From the IMG/VR virus record IMGVR_UViG_3300048837_000975, positions 61,691-125,690 of that record: a DNA stretch of 64,000 nt; one strand, given 5' to 3'. Each line of letters begins with the position of its first letter. Position 1 is the stretch's first letter. A program made the translations under genes and the position numbers. Of the stretch, positions 60,614 to 64,000 are shown piece after piece. Below the pieces are notes generated by a model. It was not told the origin of the DNA and ran no database searches. It saw nothing but the letters and a program-made list of their open reading frames with translations. Origin of the DNA: a virus.

Positions 60614-61945
60614 CTAATTAATGACCACGGTATGAATGTGGGATGGCACGCTCTTTGCGTCGAATCCGCCGATCAGGCCGGCCACAAACTCAACGTCAGA
60701 GATCTCGTCAGGCCACGGCGTGTAACCGTCAGTCAGAATCACGATGATCCGGTGCGCCGGAAGGTTCTCGCGAGCGGCCTTTACGCCGACCCGCATATCC
60801 GTTCCGCCGCCGCCGACCAGCTTCACGTCTAGAGCGCTTGTGACGCGCTGAACCTTGCTCGCCGCCGAGTCGCAGCATATGACCGGAAGCTCGTGCTGGC
60901 CTAGCGCGTTTATGATCCCCTGAACCTCGGCCAGAACACCCTTGAGCATATCGTCGGACATAGACCCCGACGTATCCACAATCGCGCACACCTCCGGCTG
61001 CGGACGAACTAGGCGTGGCATGATAACGCCGGTCGGGTTACCGCGACGGCTAGGTCTCTGCCAGGTGTAGTCAGAGGCGCCGGAAGCCATCACAACGGCC
61101 TGCGATAGCTTCGCCCGAAGCTCCTGCTCCCACGGTACCTTAGGAGGAGCCAATCGATCGTCAGCCCACCGTTTAGCGAAAGCCGGCATATCCCCGCGCA
61201 TCTTACTAGCCGACTTTACCGCGTTCGCCAGGCTGTCGCGAAGCATATCGTTCTCGGTGTCAGTCAGCCCGCGTGGCGCGTCTTTCTCGCCGGCCTTATC
61301 TCCTGCCCCGTCGGTCTCTGAACCATCTTCCCAGGGCCGCTTCTGGCCATGCGCGCCGGATCCGCAATCCCAGGACTCGCCAGGCTTCCCGTGTCCGCCC
61401 TGACCTTGACCTTGTGGGCAGTTTTCGGAGCCCTGGCCTTGGCCTTGGCCCTTGCTTTCCTGGCCTTTACCGCCGTTTCCTTGCTGCTTCTGACCCTGAC
61501 CCTGTTGTTTCTTACCCTGCTGCTTTAGCAGGTCATAGTACTGCTCAAAAGGCAGGTGGTTCGGAAGCTTGTAGTTCTCCGGAAAGGCTCCTTCGGGCGG
61601 CAGATTGGCGCCGGCCGCCTTCATTCCGCCGTTGATCTCAAGATCCGCGGCGATATTCGATTGCTTTGCGTCGTACGCGTCACCCTCGCGAGCGGCAACG
61701 TACTTTGCGCGACCAGCGTGACCAAGCGCCCAGTGCCAGATCTCATGAACCAGAACCCAGGCCGCCTGTTCTAGAGTCCATGTGCTACCAATCAGCTTCG
61801 GATCGAGATACAGCGTGCCCCTATCATCGATCGCGAAGGTTCCGATACCGGGCTTCTCGATCATGGGCAGCGCGAACAGCGTCGTCGCCATATATGGGCA
61901 TTTGTGCCCGGCGATTGACCTAAGGTCTGCCAGGATTCGTGACAT
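60614..61945 (-). CDS. Metallopeptidase (HExxH) plus VWA domain protein (DUF2201-like)
   Basis: HEIWH; Gly/Gln linker; DTSGSM, GGGTD, LTDG. Confidence 0.88.
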   Translation of the reverse strand: MSRILADLRSIAGHKCPYMATTLFALPMIEKPGIGTFAIDDRGTLYLDPKLIGSTWTLEQAAWVLVHEIWHWALGHAGRAKYVAAREGDAYDAKQSNIAADLEINGGMKAAGANLPPEGAFPENYKLPNHLPFEQYYDLLKQQGKKQQGQGQKQQGNGGKGQESKGQGQGQGSENCPQGQGQGGHGKPGESWDCGSGAHGQKRPWEDGSETDGAGDKAGEKDAPRGLTDTENDMLRDSLANAVKSASKMRGDMPAFAKRWADDRLAPPKVPWEQELRAKLSQAVVMASGASDYTWQRPSRRGNPTGVIMPRLVRPQPEVCAIVDTSGSMSDDMLKGVLAEVQGIINALGQHELPVICCDSAASKVQRVTSALDVKLVGGGGTDMRVGVKAARENLPAHRIIVILTDGYTPWPDEISDVEFVAGLIGGFDAKSVPSHIHTVVIN

Positions 61946-61962
61946 TAAACTCTCCCTTCAAT

Positions 61963-62014
61963 GGACTCATCAGCGCTGGCTTCACCAGCGGACCGGGTTT
62001 CCCCGGTTTCGTCC
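61963..62014 (-). ncRNA. Hammerhead ribozyme, type II (copy 3)
   Basis: GGAC-GAAA-CCGGG GAAA CCCGG-TC-CGCTGG TGAAG CCAGCG-CTGATGA-GTCC. Confidence 0.92.
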
Positions 62015-62022
62015 TTTTTACT

Positions 62023-63186
62023 TCATGTGCTCCTACCTTGCAAGCCAATACTTTGAAGATACTTCGCGTAAGTAAGCAACTCTTTCGGCGGGCGCCATCC
62101 GCGAGGCTGATTCGAGGCGAGAATCCGGCCGGCCGCCACGGCAAGATCCGGACGATCGGCCTCAAAGCACCTGTGCATCACCTTGAAACCGCGTTCCCAT
62201 CGTTCCGGAGTGTTTCTAGCAACAACCGCTCCGGCGACGGACATAAGGATCGCGAAGGCTTTGTCGCCACGGTCCTTCGGAAGCACTAGCTTGGTGGGAT
62301 CCGCCAGCAGCGTCTCGGGATCCGGTAGGTCAAGCTGCTCGGCATACGTCAGGAATTGGCGAGCGGCTCCCTCGCCAACGGCTCCAGCTACCAGGATCCG
62401 GAGAACGTCGTGCGCGTTGCGAAGCCCGGGGTTCTTCTTGTCCGGAAGCAGCCCCACGCCGGCCGCGTTGCACGCCGCCAGGAGTCGCGATACCACCGTC
62501 CAGGAGCGAAGAGACGGCCATGGCTTAGACTGATCGGAACGCGCTTTCGGGACCACTTGCATTGCAGCGTCACCGAAACGCATGGCATACGACGCGACAA
62601 GCGTGCGAGCCTCTCCGATATGCGTCTCTTCCCAGTTTTCCGGAACAGGAACGATCAGATTGGTCGGAGCCGGGAACCCGGCGATCATCTGTTCCGCCCA
62701 GTATGCAGAGTCTAGTTTCCAGTCAAGGTGCACGAATCTGTTCGCAAGCGGAGCGGAGAGAGCATATCCGCTTTCGGCAAGTTCCGGCGGGTTCATTGCG
62801 GCGATCGTGGACATATTGTCAACCTTCACGTCACCCCACGTGGAGTCGAGAATTCCGCGAAGAGCAGCGGAACGAACGGCAGGCGGCGCGTTCGAGAATT
62901 CGTCCAGGAATAGACCTTTGCGACCCTTGCCCTCGGTCAGTCGAGCAAGCCACGCCGCGGGAAGCAGCGCGACCCGATCACCTTGCGGAACCGGAAAGCC
63001 GCCAAAGTCAACCGGCTCGGACAGTGACGCGATCCGTGTGTCAGAGACCGTGCAAAGCTCGCTCATCAGCGCCTCAACGATCGCCGTCTTAGCAACGCCG
63101 GGCTCACCGACCAGCAGGGCCGGCGTATTGGTTTGAATCAGGATCGAAACCGCCCTGATCAGATTCTGTGTGTGTTCAACGCTCAT
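62023..63186 (-). CDS. MoxR-like AAA+ ATPase
   Basis: GEPGVAKT Walker A, LFLDE Walker B, AAMNP, LANRF. Confidence 0.88.
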   Translation of the reverse strand: MSVEHTQNLIRAVSILIQTNTPALLVGEPGVAKTAIVEALMSELCTVSDTRIASLSEPVDFGGFPVPQGDRVALLPAAWLARLTEGKGRKGLFLDEFSNAPPAVRSAALRGILDSTWGDVKVDNMSTIAAMNPPELAESGYALSAPLANRFVHLDWKLDSAYWAEQMIAGFPAPTNLIVPVPENWEETHIGEARTLVASYAMRFGDAAMQVVPKARSDQSKPWPSLRSWTVVSRLLAACNAAGVGLLPDKKNPGLRNAHDVLRILVAGAVGEGAARQFLTYAEQLDLPDPETLLADPTKLVLPKDRGDKAFAILMSVAGAVVARNTPERWERGFKVMHRCFEADRPDLAVAAGRILASNQPRGWRPPKELLTYAKYLQSIGLQGRST

Positions 63187-63203
63187 CTTCTACTCCCTTC
63201 AAT

Positions 63204-63255
63204 GGACTCATCAGCGCTGGCTTCACCAGCGGACCCGCCGGAGCGGGTTTCGTAC
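63204..63255 (-). ncRNA. Hammerhead ribozyme, type II (copy 4; one stem II mismatch)
   Basis: GTAC-GAAA-CCCGC TCCG GCGGG-TC-CGCTGG TGAAG CCAGCG-CTGATGA-GTCC. Confidence 0.85.
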
Positions 63256-63256
63256 T

Positions 63257-63469
63257 TTACGCAAGTTCCATCGCGCCGTCTTCTGCGAACGTTGCCCGAT
63301 CCATGACCCACGAATCAAGGAGATCTCTGATAGCACGGCGCAAAGCCTTGTCGCAAGCGATTCCGAGATCAAGCAGATCCTTTTCTCCGCACCATACCGC
63401 GATCCGATCCTCGGGACGGATCTTGGAGATCAAACGCTTTGCAGTCTTGCTAGAATCTTTTCGTGACAT
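63257..63469 (-). CDS. Small hypothetical protein
   Basis: ORF fills the interval between two ribozymes. Confidence 0.6.
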   Translation of the reverse strand: MSRKDSSKTAKRLISKIRPEDRIAVWCGEKDLLDLGIACDKALRRAIRDLLDSWVMDRATFAEDGAMELA

Positions 63470-63489
63470 AATCTTGCCTTTCAACGTGT

Positions 63490-63541
63490 GGACTCATCAG
63501 GCGGCGCCTTACGCCGCGACCGGGTTTCCCCGGTTTCGTCC
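63490..63541 (-). ncRNA. Hammerhead ribozyme, type II (copy 5)
   Basis: GGAC-GAAA-CCGGG GAAA CCCGG-TC-GCGGCG TAAGG CGCCGC-CTGATGA-GTCC. Confidence 0.92.
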
Positions 63542-63542
63542 T

Positions 63543-63848
63543 CTACTTTGACTTTCCGATCGCTTTCTCTAGGTCAGCCGACCAGCGTTCGATCCCTTCG
63601 GATGATAGGCGCCAGGTGTTGTCCTTTAGCCACATGCTCTTACCGCGGGTTTCGTAATCAGACTTATCAAGCTTCACTACGCTGCGCTTTCCACCGAACG
63701 CTGCGATCAGAACGAATCCGTCACTGCCGTAATCGAGAGTTAGGCTGAGATCCTCTCCCTTTACCTGTACGCCTGGCACGCTGACCCGGCGAACCTTTCC
63801 AGTGCTCCACCGGACCTTTGAAAGCGATTCTTTCAATGCTTCAATCAT
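63543..63848 (-). CDS. Hypothetical protein
   Basis: GGAG RBS; ORF fills the interval between two ribozymes. Confidence 0.65.
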   Translation of the reverse strand: MIEALKESLSKVRWSTGKVRRVSVPGVQVKGEDLSLTLDYGSDGFVLIAAFGGKRSVVKLDKSDYETRGKSMWLKDNTWRLSSEGIERWSADLEKAIGKSK

Positions 63849-63860
63849 ATTCTTCTCCGT

Positions 63861-63913
63861 GGACTCATCAGGCGGCGCCTTACGCCGCGACCGGGACAGG
63901 CCCGGTTTCGTCC
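63861..63913 (-). ncRNA. Hammerhead ribozyme, type II (copy 6)
   Basis: GGAC-GAAA-CCGGG CCTGT CCCGG-TC-GCGGCG TAAGG CGCCGC-CTGATGA-GTCC. Confidence 0.92.
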
Positions 63914-64000
63914 TATACCGCCAGCTCCGCCAGCTCTTTGGCCGCGGCCGCGATCTTCTCGTTCAGCTCCCCAAGGGCTTCGTCGACCATATCCGAGAAG

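Noticed and set aside
59573-63913. Intergenic repeats read as terminators, REP elements or attC sites
   Set aside because: They lack U-tracts on the coding strand, and the invariant unpaired bases are exactly the hammerhead core.
1-64000. Alternative genetic code (stop-codon reassignment)
   Set aside because: The standard code gives full-length conserved proteins and dense coding, with TAA, TAG and TGA all used as stops.

Overview
64 kb of a large, GC-rich bacteriophage genome. Left to right: (i) a trypsin-like protease, an IbrA/IbrB-like pair and a repeat-bearing GIY-YIG nuclease; (ii) a ~25 kb plus-strand virion module rich in C-terminally membrane-anchored proteins, with two lytic transglycosylases, a histone-like core protein and candidate jelly-roll capsid proteins, and no recognisable tail, terminase or portal gene; (iii) inside that module, a CasPhi (Cas12j) gene flanked by two CRISPR arrays; (iv) glycosyl-, methyl- and nucleotidyltransferases, an RNA ligase and three DNA methyltransferases; (v) a ~650-nt candidate structured ncRNA; (vi) a minus-strand arm with a tyrosine recombinase (plus strand), DnaG, many small ORFs and a MoxR-VWA cluster. 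There are two standout observations. First, a mini-array of five truncated CasPhi repeats with its own predicted promoter: all five spacers match the adjacent candidate capsid gene, two perfectly, four with a TBN PAM, and every mismatch is synonymous. Second, six type II hammerhead ribozymes sit at six consecutive gene junctions of the minus-strand operon, which would cut the polycistron into single-gene and potentially circularisable RNAs. All family calls come from motif recognition by eye; no database searches were run.
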